Notes under the pieces: model-generated
What the model was told of the DNA's origin: nothing
What the model saw: the letters and a program-made list of their open reading frames with translations, nothing else
The model's database searches: none
In this document: piece after piece, positions 1 through 12,969 of the stretch
How positions within the stretch are numbered: position 1 is the first letter of the stretch
Layout: each line of letters opens with the position of its first letter
NCBI RefSeq assembly: GCF_964213995.1
Contig: NC_135808.1
Span: 50,778,001 to 50,842,000 of the forward strand
Reading direction: 5' to 3'
DNA from: Mustelus asterias
Lineage: Eukaryota
DNA length: 64,000 bases
Program-made: the position numbers and the translations under genes

Positions 1-14
1 TTTCACACACAAAC

Positions 15-212
15 ACAGAAAATGCTGGAAAATCTCAGCAGGTCTGACAGCATCTGTGGAGAGAGAGCAGGGCCAACGTTTCAAGCCTAGAGTCTTGAGG
101 GCGAGCGACTACCCAGGAGATGCCAGAGTGAGGGATAAGGTAATGGTTCAGCGGGAACCGGAACGCCCGGGATTTGTTTCAGATTTCAGCAGACGCAGTA
201 TTTTGCTTTTAT
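15..212. mobile_element. Penelope-like element terminal fragments, interrupted
   Basis: acagaaaatgctggaaaatctcagcaggtctgacagcatctgtggagagag...aacgtttc plus the partner end tttcagatttcagcagacgcagtattttgctttt; recognised from memory as an elasmobranch PLE terminus. Confidence 0.55.
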
Positions 213-2118
213 CTTAGACATCTATTTTATTGAATCTTTATTTAACCAGGTGAGTCAGTTGAGAACCAATTCTCATTTACAACAACAACCTGACCAAGAG
301 GCTATCGCCACAGCAACAGAAATGACAAAATACAATTGATTGAAAGATTAAAAACAATCCAACCCAAATTAGCAGTGACAGAGAATTGACAGTTTAGTCA
401 GTACAAGGATCAGTTAACAGAGATTTAACCTTTCAGTGAAAGGTTTCCATGGACAGGATGAGATTCTTATCCGCAGGATTAGAGACTGACATTAATCACA
501 CTTTCTGCTACAGATCCCTGACTCCATTACGGTGACAAACTCTCATCGTGTGGGTCCGACCCTCACTGGTTATGTATTCAGTCCAAGGTGGGACAGGATG
601 TTAAACATCGACGCTGCCCCAGACCGAATGTCTCGGGGAGCAGTGGAAAGAACCCTGACCACAACCAGAAAGTTGATGGAACAAAGCAATCGAACAATCC
701 CAAGGGGAAGGGGGCAGGTGAACCTGGCCACAGGAAAGACTAGGAAACTGGAGGATTCAGCAAGAAATCGAGGGGAGATGGTGAGAATGCAGAATAAATG
801 GAGGGAAGTAGGGAGGGTGACAGCAGCTGGTGAAACTGTTACAGTTTAATAGTTAGTCTGTGTATTTGCTGTTATCAGAGAGCTGTTGTTATCCAAAGTG
901 GTGCAGATGCTCATTGTAATAACTGGAGGAGACTCGATTTGGAAATAACTAACTAAAGGCTTTATTGATGAGAACTATTTACAATGAAGGGTTTAACAGC
1001 ACAACGATACAGGTCTACTCCCAACAACATCCTGACTCCAACTGAAGCCTCCAGCCCCAGGAATGATCACCCTCACTCCCGATTGGCCCAATATCACATC
1101 CTCACACTCCATTGGCTCCAGCCTGGTCATGTGGCCCGTGAAGGATTGCCCCTGAAAGGGGCCAGGCTCACACACTCCTTCCCCCGTAACATCTTGGACT
1201 CTCTATGATAAAACACAAAGTAAAACAGTTAACACATAGGCAGAGAAACAACAATATTACAGAAGGGACACCAGGGAAAGACAGTTCATAATGTCAGCTG
1301 GTCCAGAGATTTCCAGAACCTTGCGGAACGCTGCAACTCTGTCAGGGGCTCTTCAGCAGCCATCGACACGGGATCCACTGATGGGGTGGGCGTGCTAACC
1401 ACCTCTGGAGCTAGGCCCTGGACGGCCCTTTCCTCTGACTCACCCACCCAAGCCAGAGGCTGCCTTGGCCTCACCATGGACATGGAGCTGTCTTGTTCAG
1501 AGGCTGGTACACACAAACTGGATACAGGGCCCACTTGCTCAGCTCCTGGAACTGGCTCTACTCTCTTGCGTAGGTGGCCAACATGCTCCTTAACTCAACG
1601 GCCCTGTGTCTCCCCCAAATATGAGACTGGTCCCGTCTTCTCCACAACTCTCCCTGGTGCCCAGGTGGGTCCGCCACCCAAATTCCCTCTCAACATGAGA
1701 TCGCCATCATTAAACAATCTGTCCCCTTTCTGAGAGTCACAATATTCTTTCTGAGAGGCTTGCCGAGCCTCCACCCCCCCCGACAAATTTGGAGACACTA
1801 AATCTAAACAGGTACACAGGCACCGACCCATTAACAACTCTGCAGGTGTGACCTCGGCATGACCCCAGTGATGGCGTGAGGTGTAGTGTTGTATGACAGC
1901 AAATAACTGCCCAATCGCAATGGTCACAGTCTATGAGCCTTCTTCACATGGAGCGGTGAACGTCAGCATGGCTCGCTCCACCAACCCATTCGAGGCAGGA
2001 TGGTCGGGGGCTGACCTGACAGGACAAATGTCATTAAACTTGACCAAAGTCTGAAATTCATCAGCGTGAATGCTGCTCCGCTGTCTGACAGCAACACTTC
2101 AGGAAGACCATGGATCAT

Positions 2119-2434
2119 TGATGCGCTACTCAAACACGAGGCCTGAAGCTCGGTAAATGAAAGGCTTTTATTTACTGTAATGAACCTGCCAGAACTTATA
2201 CACACTATCCCAGACTGAAGGGGTCCCGGCCAGAGCAGGGACTCTTATACCTCTCCCAGGAGGCGGAGCCCGACTGGGATGTGCCACAACACTACAGTAC
2301 AAAGGTGTAACAACCCCACCCTAACCCCAACAGCAACAATAGCACAACCCAACAGTAACATATGTACATCCTTGTCGTACTGGCCAGACCCTGGCTCAGT
2401 ACTATCCAGTGGGAACCAACGATGGTTCACCACA
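2119..2434 (-). mobile_element. Solo LTR inserted into the Gypsy integrase
   Basis: TG...CA ends; 5-bp TSD ATCAT (2114-18)/ATCAC (2435-39); removing it restores RQIFVIHGLP; AATAAA on the - strand at ~2167. Confidence 0.85.
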
Positions 2435-3371
2435 ATCACAAAGATCTGCCTCAGTTTATCGATGGTAAATGGAGCTGTGATGGGTCTCATGAGCTGATCG
2501 TCCAGCCACTTGGAATGGGCATCGACTAACATCAGGAACATCTGCCCAAAATCTACATGAAGCCGTGACCAAGGGAGCATGTTCACTGGTGGAGGTAACG
2601 CTTGCTGAGTCGGACAACTCTCACACTGCCCAACCGTTTGTTCAATGTCTCTGTCAATGCCAGGCCACCAGACATAACTTCTGGCCAACACTTTCATTCT
2701 GTCCTGGCCAGTTTGGGTATCATGTAACTCTTGGAGCAGTGGCCATTGCACAAGGGGTGGTACGCTGACACAGACCCCCCGACAATAGCACCCCATCTTC
2801 GCAGGGTATCTGGTCCCTGCAATGTAAATACAGCTTCATTTGCTCTGCCTTGTCCAAGTGCCACCCAGTCAGTACCATTTCCTTGCCCTTTGCTAACACC
2901 GGCTCCCTATCTGTCCACGTCTGAGTGTGGGCTGCTGAGACAGGCAGGGTGACTAAATAATGCAGAGCCAATACTATCTCCTGTGGAACAGGCGGTGACG
3001 GTATGGTCTGTGGTAGCGGCAGGCAGCTCAATGTATCCGCATTTGAGAGCTGTGTTCCTGGCCTATGCTGGAAGGTTTAGCTGTTTACTGCCAGCAGCAA
3101 TGCCCATCTCTGCACCCTGGCAGAGGCAATAGGTGGCACTGGCTTATCCTCCCGGGAAAGCCCCAACAATGGCTTACGGTCTGACACGATGGTGAAATGC
3201 CGCCCATAGACGTATTGGTGAAATTCCTCACTGTGTAGATAACTGCTCGGCTTTCTTTGTCGATTTGTGAGTACATTTTCTCAACGTCTGACAAAGTCCA
3301 CAAAGCAAATGAATTTAGCCTCTCCGTCCCATCTGCCAGTCTATGGGACAGAACTGCTCCAACTCCATATA

Positions 3372-4478
3372 GCGTCATACAGTCACACAGCACAGAAACA
3401 GGCCCTTCGGCCCACCATGTCTATGCTGACCATCCAATACCAATCTATACTAATCCCATTTACCTGCTCCCATATTCGATCCCCGGCTAATGAAGGCAAG
3501 CATTCCAATTGCCTTCTTCATCGCACTATCTCCCTGTATTGCAACCCTCAGGGATTCATCGACTTGTACACCAAAGTCCCTTTGTTCTTCAATTCTCCCT
3601 CGGGACCTACCGTTCATTGTGTATATCCAACCTTTATTAAATCTCCCAAAATGCATCACCTCACACTTATCAGGATTAAATTCCATCTTTCGTTGCTTTG
3701 TCCACCTTCCCCATCCCCAAAATGCTCACCCACTGATATTTCAACAACTTACCCAGCTTCATTCTGGAGGATTAGTTCGAGCACGGGCCATCCCAAGTTG
3801 GATTATCTCTCTACTGACATAAAAAGCTCTCCTGGAATCACTTCAAAAACTCCACCCTGTCTAATCCTTTCACACTGAGGTTATTCCCATTAATATTGGT
3901 GAGGTTGAAATCCCCGACTATCACAGACCTATTCCTCTCACACCTCTCTCTGTGATTTGCCTACATATCTGCTCCTCCATCTCCCTCTGAGTGTTGGGAG
4001 GCCTGTAGTGTAATCCCAGCACAATGATCGCCCTTTATATTTCTCAGCTCCACCTATATGGCCTCATTTGAAGAGCGTTCCAATACCTCCTCCCTCATTA
4101 CTGCAGACTTGGTCTCTTTAATCAATAAAACAATATCCCCTCCTCTCTTATATACCCCCCCCCTCCCCCCCGACTCCCATCACGCCTGAAACTTCTATAC
4201 CCTGGAGTGTCGAGCTGCCAGTCCTGCCTTTCTTTCAACCATGTCTCAGTGATTGCAACAATCTCATATTTCCACGTGCTGACCAACTCTCTAAGTTCAT
4301 CTGCCTGACCAGACAGGCTCCTTGTATTAAAATAGATGCAGTTTAACCTTCCAATCCTCCCTTGTGCCTCATCATGCCCAAGTCTTCTCTGCCTGCTGGA
4401 CTGACTGAGTTTTCCTTCTACATCTGACTGAATCTCACTCCAAACTGTACATCTACAGTTTGTCCCATCCCCCTGCAA
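3372..4478 (-). mobile_element. Internally deleted CR1 LINE inserted in the Gypsy RNase H
   Basis: CIYFNTRSL..EIVAITETWL (APE), MEFNPDKCEVMHFG (RT C-terminus), CR1-type 3' end. Confidence 0.85.
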
Positions 4479-5299
4479 AGTATGGTGAGGCGTCACAAAT
4501 GATTCCGAATGGTTTGCTCGGGTCAAAGTACACGAGCAATGACGATGATTGTGAAGCTGGTTTGACTTTGACTAAAGTTTCTTTCTGCGCTTCTCCCCAA
4601 TTCCATCGCTGATGTTTGTTTAGAAGCTGGTGTGGGGAGGGGGGAACCAGAATTGTTGCTGAGTTCAGCAGGAACCTTCCAGTTGAGGAAGCCATTAGGA
4701 GGCTGGTGATCAGGGAGTGGGGGTGTCGGGGCCGGCAGTTGGAGGGGTGGGTGGGGTTGGGGAAGCCATCAGGAGGCCAGTCTATTGGGGAAGGGGAGGT
4801 CGGGGGAGGAGGTCAGGGCCTGTGATCAGGGGAGTGGGGAATTAGGTTGGGGAAACCATCGCGAGGCAGGGATGCGGGGCTGCTGATCTAGTCCTCACGG
4901 GTGGGATTAACCCCGTCCACTGGCGTAAATCCCTGGCGGATTTTGTGAAACACCGAGTGCCGGAAATTCAACTAAGTACGCCCAGAAAACGGCAGGAAAA
5001 TCTCCCATTTATCCGCCCCGATGGCACATCATTTTCTGGGAAATTTGCCCCCATCTTTTGGAGAGAGTGATGGACACAATGTACATTGGACATGACCCAC
5101 TAATAACACTCCGTCTACCTTCAACTCATTGTTTAACCTCCAGTCCACCTCCTGTTCCAATCCAGATGTTTCAGTCAAGGATTCAGATAGGTCTATAACA
5201 CAGGAGGAGGCCATTCAGCCCCTCATGTCTGTACTACCTGTTTTACTAGAGTCATTCACAACTAACAGCTCAGTTTAATGTGTGTTGTGAGAATGTGAC

Positions 5300-5745
5300 T
5301 GGAATGTTTTATTAGAGGCAGAACGAGTGGGAAACATGAACTGATCAGAGAGAGTCAACACGGTTTTCAAAAGAGTCAGACATGTTTAACTAAACTGCTT
5401 ACATTTGTTAACAAGCCACTAATGTGTTCGATAAAGGAATGTCTCTGGATGTTATTTCTATGCATTTCCAGAAGACATTCGGGTAGGTGCCACACGAGAG
5501 GCTGTGAATAAAAATGGAAGCGTATGGAATTTGAGGAAAGCTTTTGCCATAGATAAGGAATTGGTTTGGAGGTAGGAGACAGAGAGTAGGGATAATGTGT
5601 GTGTATTCCAATCAGCAAGCTGTGAATAGTGATGTCCCCAGGGATCTGTGCTGAAGCCTCAGCTTTTCACTATATTTGTCAATGACTTGGATGAAGGAAT
5701 AGAGAGACACATATCCAAGGTTACTAAGCACACTAAGTTAGGCAG
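5300..5745 (+). mobile_element. Old CR1 RT fragment
   Basis: PQGSVL.PQLFTIFVNDLDEG remnants. Confidence 0.75.
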
Positions 5746-6462
5746 CTTAGAGGAGGTTACAGAGATAGGGAGGGTGCAGGATAGGGAGGGATTTGAGAGG
5801 CTGGATGTTTATGTTAAAATCGGGGCATTGCTGGACCGGGGGTCAGTGTAGGTCAGTGAACACAGGGGGTGACGGGTGAACGGGATTTGGTGTGAGTTCA
5901 GATCCGGGCAGCAGAGTTCTGGGTGAGCTGATGATAACGGAGGGTGGTGGGTGTGAGGTCGGCCAGGACAGCATTGGAATAGTAACGTTCAGAGGTAACA
6001 AAGACACGGATGAGATTTTCAGCAGCAGATGATGTGAGGCAGGGGGGACTCGGGAGATGTTACTGAGGTGGAACTAGGTGGTCTTAGTGATGGAGTGGAT
6101 GATGTGGTGGGAAGCTCATCTCAGGGTCAAATAGGACACCAGGGCTGTGGAGTGTGTGGTTCAGTGTCAGACACTCCAATGGGGAAGGGATGGAATCAGT
6201 GTTGAGGGAACAGAGTTTGTGATGGGGTCTGAAGACAATGGAAGATGGAGTTCAATGTGGAGAATGTGAAAACACCCACTTTGGATCTAAGAAAGAGGGA
6301 GCAGAGTAATCTTTGTGATGTGGAGGATTTGGGGGGTCAGATCGGGGTCAAAGCTGAGGCCAATGTTGTAGAGAGTCTGGTTGAGCAGCAGACAGTGCTC
6401 AGGGGGAGGGATGGAGTTTGTATCGGGAGCTGAAGACCAATGGCTTTGATCTTCCCAATGTG
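5746..6462 (-). mobile_element. L2-like LINE remnants (also ~9640-10560)
   Basis: Resembles the reverse complement of the L2 RT C-terminal region at 22900-23300. Confidence 0.6.
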
Positions 6463-6699
6463 TTTCCCAGTGAGCCTGGCTCCTCAGTCCTGATTGCTCT
6501 GAGCTGCTGTTCTTTTCACTGATTGGACAGTTATTGTTAGAGATTCAGACCACAGCACAAATCCCCAGTGTCAAAAATAACTGCAAAGACTGTCAGATCG
6601 GAAGATTGAAACGTAACCAACAGAGGAAGTGAAAGAAGGAGCTCAGAGCAGCTGGATGTTTGTTACTGAGTCGGGAGAAAATGGTGAACCGTGTCCACT

Positions 6700-9530
6700 A
6701 CCTCCAATCTCCCAGCACAGAAGGCACAATGGGATACAGTCAGGAGGGAGTTATCCTGGGAATCCTCAACAACATTCCAGACTCCATGTAGTCTCTCAGT
6801 AACATGTCAAACAAGGACAAGGAAACCTCCTCTGGATACCACATACCGTCCACCCTCAGTTGATGAATCAGTTCTCCTCCATGTTGAAAACCACTTGGAG
6901 GAAGCACTGAGGGTGGCAAGGACACAGAATGTACTCTGGGTGGGGACTTCAATGTCCATCACCAAGAGTTACTCGGTAGCACCACCACACACCGAGCTGG
7001 CCGGGTCCTAAAGGACATAGCTGCTAGACTGGGACTGCGGCAGGTGGTGAGGGAACCAACAAGAGGGAGAAACATACTCGACCTCATCCTCACCAACCTG
7101 CCTGCCGCAGATGCATCTGTCCATGACAGTATCGGTAGCAGTGACCACCGCACAGTCCTTGTGGAGATAAAATCCCATCTTCACATTGAGGATACCCTCC
7201 ATCGTGTTGTGTGGCACTGCCACCGTGCTAAATGGGATAGATTTCAAACAGATCGAGCAACTCAAAACTGGGCATCCATGAGGCACTGTGGGCCATCAGC
7301 AGCAGCAGAATTGTACTCAACCACAATCTGTAACCTCATGGCCCGGCATATCCCCCACTCTACCATTACCACCCAGCCTGGGGATCAACCCTGGTTCAAT
7401 GAAGAGTGCAGGAGGGCATGGCAGGAGCAACAGCAGACATACTGAAAAATGAGGTGTTAACCTGGTGAAGCTACAACACAGGACTGTGTGTCAAACAGCA
7501 GAAGCAGCAAGTGATAGACAGAGCTAAACCATCCCACAACCAATGGATCAGATCTAAGCTGTGCAGTCCTGCCACATCCAGCCGTGAATGGTGGTGGACA
7601 ATTAAACAACCCAGTGCAGGAGGAGGCTCCACAAATATCCCCATCCTCAATGATGGAGGAGCCCAGCACATCAGTGAAAAGAAAAGGCTGATACATTTGC
7701 GATTGGATACAGCAAAGGCTTTGTCTCCTGACAATAATCCAGCAATAGTCCTGAAGACTTGCGCTCCAGAACTTGCCGCGCCCTTAGCCAAGCTGTTCCA
7801 GTACAGCTACAACACTGGCATCTACCCGGCAATGTGGAAAATTGCCCAGATATGTCCTGTATACCAAAAAACAGGACAAATCTATTCTGGCCACTTACCG
7901 CCCCATCAATCTACTCTCAATCATCAGTAAAGTGATTTAAATTGTTGACAGTTCTATCAAGCAGCACTTACTAGCAACAACCTGCTCAGTGACACACAGT
8001 TAGGGTTCCGCCAGGGTCACTCAGCTCCTGACCTCATTACAGCCTTGGTTCAAACATGGACAAAAGAGCTGAACTCCAGAGGTGAGATGAGAGTGACTGC
8101 CCTTGACATCAAGGCAGCATTTGACCGAGTGTGGCATCAAGGAGCCCTCGCAAAACTGGAGCCAATGGAAATCAGGGGAAAACTCTCCACTGGCTGGAGT
8201 CACACCCAGCACAAAGGAAGATGGTTGTGGTTCTTGGACTTTTAAATTTAAGTGTCAGTACTAGTGTCACAAGTAGGCTTACATTAACAAGGCAATGAAG
8301 TTACCAGGAAAATCCCTTAGTCACCACACTCCGGCGCCTATTCGGGTACACTGAGGGAGAATTTAGCATGACCAATGTATTTAACCAGCAGGTCTTTTGG
8401 ACTGTGGGAGGAAACCGGAACACCCGGAGGAAACGCAAGCAGACACAGGGAGAGCATGCAAACTCCACACAGACAGTGCCCCATGCCAGGAATTGAACCC
8501 GGGTCCTTGGCGCTGTGAGGCAGTAGTGTTAACGAGTGTGTCACCGTGCCACCCAATATGATGAGAAGATGGTTGTGGTTAGCGGATTGCAATCTGAGAT
8601 TGCCTTGGGACATCACTGCAGGAGTTCCTCAGGGGAGTGTCTGAGACACAACCATCTTCAGCTGCTTCATTAATAACCTTCAGAAGTGGGGATGTTCACT
8701 GATGATTGCACAATGCTCAGCACCATTCACAACTCCTCAGATATTGAAGCAGGAACATTCGTGCCACACAAGTGCCACGGAATCACCATCTCCAACAAGA
8801 GAGAATTTTAACATCTCCCCTTGACATTCAATGTCATTACCATTGCTGAATCCCCCACTGTAAAATCCTGTTGGATATGATTGACCAGAAACTCAACTGG
8901 ACCAGCCTATAAATACTGTGGCTACAAGAGCAGGTCAGTGGATAGGAATCCTGCGGTGAGTAACTCACATCCTGACTCTCCAAAGCCTGTCCACCATCTA
9001 CAAGGCACAAGTCCGGAGTGTGATGGAATACTCTCCACTTGTCTGGATGAGTAGAGCTCCAGCAACACTCAAGAAGCTCAACACCATCCAGGACAAAGCA
9101 GCCCCAGTTGATTGGCACCCATTCACAAACATTAAATCCCTCCACCACTGTCGAACAGCAGCAGCAGTGTGTGCCATCTATAAGATGCCCTGCATGAACT
9201 CACCAAGGTTCCTGAGGCAGCACCTTCGAATACCATGACCACTATCATCTGGAAAGACAAATGTAGCAGATCCCTGGGATCAACACCATCAGGAGATTCC
9301 CCTCCAAGCCACACGCCATTCTGACGTGGAAATACATCTCCATTCATGCACTGTCGCTGGGTCAGAATCCTGAAAACGCTCCCTAACTGCACTGTGGGTG
9401 TATGTACACCTCATGGACTGCAGCAGCTCAAGAAGGCAGCTCATCACCACCTTCTCAAGGACAATTAGGGATGGGCAATAAATGCTGGTATAACCAGTGA
9501 CACCCACACCCCGTCAATGAATACATTTTT
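6700..9530 (+). mobile_element. Non-LTR LINE 'family B' (APE+RT; CR1/L2 group), degenerate and internally deleted
   Basis: VREPTRG.NILDL, SDH (APE); ALDIKAAFDRVWH, GVPQGS (RT); 3' end ...gggatgggcaataaatgctgg...atgaat. Confidence 0.85.
8233..8564 (-). mobile_element. tRNA-derived V-domain SINE with tail type B
   Basis: 16-bp TSD GAAGATGGTTGTGGTT (8217-32/8565-80); A/B-box head; central tgtctgtgtggagtttgca...cctccgggtg..ccggtttcctcccacagtcc. Confidence 0.9.
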
Positions 9531-10056
9531 AATAATTCCTACTTTATACAATGTCCCATTCGATCTGTTAAAGTCTGGATCCTGTCAGCAGGATATTTGA
9601 CTGCAAGAGCCTTCACCACTGTGTCTAATTCTGTCCCCAACCAAAATCCACACAGAACCTGAATTTATATAGCACCTTAGTGTACAACATAGCCCATTAT
9701 GTTTCACAGAGCAGCATAAGAGGAATGGGGGAGGGGCTAGGGGTAGTTTAGGAAGAGAGATCGAAGGCTTGGGTGAAAGGGTGGAGTTTGATGGGGAGAA
9801 AGACTTGGAGAGGGGGAGGGATTAAGGGTGGGAGGTCAGAGAGCAGGGCCTGGGCGTCTGAAGGCTCTGCTGTCAATGGTGGGATGAAGGAAGCAGCGAT
9901 GGGCCGGGGAGCAGAGTCAGCAGATGGAAGGTGAGGGAGAAATGTGAGTCTGGAGCAGGAACGCAGGGTAGGGAGGAGTGAGGTCATGGAGGGAATTGGA
10001 GGGCAGTGAGGTCAGGGGTAACAGGTCAGTGAGGCCAACGGTAACTGGTAAATGAA

Positions 10057-10343
10057 GTCAGGGGCGATAGATCACTGAGGTCAGGTGTGATAGATCACTG
10101 AGGTCAGGGGTGATAGATCACTGAGGTCAGGGGCGATAGATCACTGAGGTCAGGGGCGATAGATCACTGAGGTCAGGGGTGATAGATCACTGAGGTCAGG
10201 GGTGATAGATCACTGAGGTCAGGGGTGATAGATCACTGAGGTCAGGGGTGATAGATCACTGAGGTCAGGGGTGATAGATCACTGAGGTCAGGGGTGATAG
10301 ATCACTGAGGTCAGGGGTGATAGATCACTGAGGTCAGGGGTGG
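10057..10343. repeat. 23-bp minisatellite, ~12 copies, inside an L2 remnant
   Basis: Unit gatagatcactgaggtcagggg(t/c). Confidence 0.95.
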
Positions 10344-10574
10344 TGTTGGAACGACACTTGGTATGAGACAGGATCCGGACCCACTGCATTTGGGACAAGT
10401 TGGGGTTTATGGATGTGGGGAGCTGGGTGAGGATATCGGAATAATGGAGTTAGAAGGCGGGACATGCAGGGATAAGGGTTTCTGTACTTAAGGGACTGAT
10501 GTAGTGTAGAGACGGACAATGTTGTGGAAATAAGAGGCCGAAGTGATGGAGAGGATGTGAAGTTTGAAGCTCAG

Positions 10575-10946
10575 CTACTGGAGGCTCCAGTGGGAAGGAG
10601 GCCCATGTTTACTGCTCCCTATTGGAGGCTCCAGTGGGAACGAGGCCCATGTTTACTGGTCCCTACTGGAGGCTCCAGTGGGAACGAGGCCCATGTTTAC
10701 TGGTCCCTACTGGAGGCTCCAGTGGGAACGAGGCCCATGTTTACTGGTCCCTATTGGAGGCTCCAGTGGGAAGGAGGCCATGTTTACAGGTCCCTATTGG
10801 AGGCTCCAGTGGGAAGGAGGCCCATGTTTACTGGTCCCTATTGGAGGCTCCAGTGGGAAGGAGGCCCATGTTTACTGGTACCTATTGGAGGCTCCAGTGG
10901 GAAGGAGGCCCATGTTTACTGGTCCCTATTGGAGGCTCCAGTGGGA
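10575..10946. repeat. 44-bp minisatellite, ~8 copies
   Basis: Unit ctaytggaggctccagtgggaa(g/c)gaggcccatgtttactggtcc with internal palindrome CTGGAG-G-CTCCAG. Confidence 0.95.
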
Positions 10947-11009
10947 CGTCATGGTCGATGTGGAGCAGTTTCTTTCTGTTGTGCATGTCATTGTCCACCT
11001 TTGCGGAGG

Positions 11010-12968
11010 TCACAAGATGGATAAAAGGGAACTTGTAGCTGTGATGTACAGGGAATTCGAAAAGGTATTTGATAAATTGCCACATCAAATGTTACTACAC
11101 AAGATACAATGGTGTGTGGGTAAGAAGATGGTGTGTGGGTAACATATTAGCATTGATAGAGGATTGGTTAATTAACAGAAACAAGAGGTAGGGGATAAAT
11201 GATTGTTTTGGGATTGGGAAGCTGTAATTTGTGGAATTCTGGAACAATCAGTTGGGACCACAACTATTCACAATCCATATCAATGACTTGGATGAAGGGA
11301 GTGAATGGAGCTGATGTCCCAATGACACTAAGATAGGTGGGAAAGTAAGTTATCAAGACGAGTTAGAGAGTCTGCAAAGGGATAGGGACAGGGGAAGTGA
11401 ATGGCTAAACATCTGGAGTATATCCTGGGTAAATGTGAAGGTGTCCACTTTGGCAGGAAGAATAGAACAGCAGTAAACTATTGAAATGGGGAGAGATTGC
11501 ACAACTCGGTGCTACAGAGGGATCTGGCTGTCCTGGGACATGAATCACAACAAGTTAGTCTGCAGCGACAACAAGTGATTAGGAAGACAAATGGAATGTT
11601 GGTGTTTATTACAAGGAGAATGGAATATAAAAATAGGGAAGTTTTACTGCAGCTGTACAGGGTCTCGGTGAGACCACATCTGGAATACTGTGTACAGTTT
11701 AGGTCTCCTTATTTGGAAAAGGGTATCATTGTGTTCGAAGCGGTTCAGAGAAGATTCACTCGACACATTCCTGGGGTGAGGGGTTATCTTATGAAGAAAA
11801 GTTGGACAGGTTGGGCCTGAACCCATTGGAGTTTAGAAGAATGAGAGGTGATCTTATTGAAACATATCACATTGTGAGGGGACTGACAGAGTGGATACCA
11901 GGAGGGTGGTGTCTCTTCTGGGGCAGAGTGAGCTGAGAATACAGAGGAACAAAGAGAATGAGCGGTGTGCCACAGGGATCGATGCTGGGTCCACTGTTAT
12001 TTGTCATTTATATTAATGATTTGGATGAGAATATAGGAGGTATGGTTAGTAAGTTTGCAGATTACACCAAGATTGGTGGCATAGTGGACAGTGAAGAAGG
12101 TAATCTACGATTCCAACCGGAATTGGGCCAGTGGGATGACAAATAGTGGCTGGAGTTTAATTTAGATAAATGCGAGGTGATGCATTTTGGTAGATTGAAC
12201 CGGGCAGGACTTACTCAGTTAATGGTAGGGCACTGGGGAGAGTTACAGAACAAAGAGATCTAGGGGTACAGGTTCATAGCTACTTGAAAGTGGAGTCACA
12301 GGTGGACAGAGTGGTGAAGAAGACATTCGGCATGCTTGGTTTCATTGGTCAGAACATTGAATACTGGAGTCAGGACGTTTTGTTGAAGTTGTACAAGACA
12401 TTGGTAAGGCCACATTTGGAATACTGTGTTCAGTTCTGGTCCCCTGTTATAGAAAGGATATTATTAAACTAGAAAGAGTGCAGAAATGATTTACTAGGAT
12501 GCTACCGGGACTTGATGGTTTGGGTTGTAAGGAGAGGCTGGATCGGCTGGGACTTTTTTCTCTGGAGCGTAGAAGGCTGAGGGGTGATCTTATAGAGGTC
12601 TATAAAATAATGAGGGGCATAGATCAACGAGATAGTCAATGTCTTTTCCCAAAGGTAGGGGAGTCTAAAACTCGAGGGCAGAGGGTTAAGGCGAGAGGGG
12701 AGAGATACAAAAGTGTCCAAATGGGCAATTTTTTCACACAGAGGGTGGTGAGTGTCTGGAACAAGCTGCCAGAGATAGTAACAGAGGCGGGTACAATTTT
12801 GTCTTTTAAAAAGCATTTAGACAGTTACATGGGTCAGATGGGTATAGAGGGATATGGGCCAAATGCAGCAATTGGGGTTAGGGGTTTTTAAAAAAAGGGC
12901 GGCATGGACAAGTTGGGCTGAAGGGCCTGTTTCTATGCTGTAAACCTCTATGACTCTATGACTCTATG
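11010..12968 (+). mobile_element. Two adjacent 5'-truncated CR1 LINEs (junction ~11958)
   Basis: GVPQGSMLGPLLF, VRPHLEYCVQFWSP, LRGDLIEVYK; (GACTCTAT)n tail at ~12945-68. Confidence 0.9.
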
Positions 12969-12969
12969 A

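Larger units (their letters stand above)
887..4700 (-). mobile_element. Degenerate Ty3/Gypsy LTR retrotransposon (RNase H, integrase, PPT, 3' LTR)
   Basis: CDASPY|GVGAVLSH and YSQIDKE (RNase H); LH..G..RMK.LARSYVWWPGID..C..C, PWSRLHVDF, HGLPEVLLSD, TPAELLMGR (integrase); PPT 1175-85 next to the LTR edge at 1174; many stops and frameshifts; far LTR edge approximate. Confidence 0.85.
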
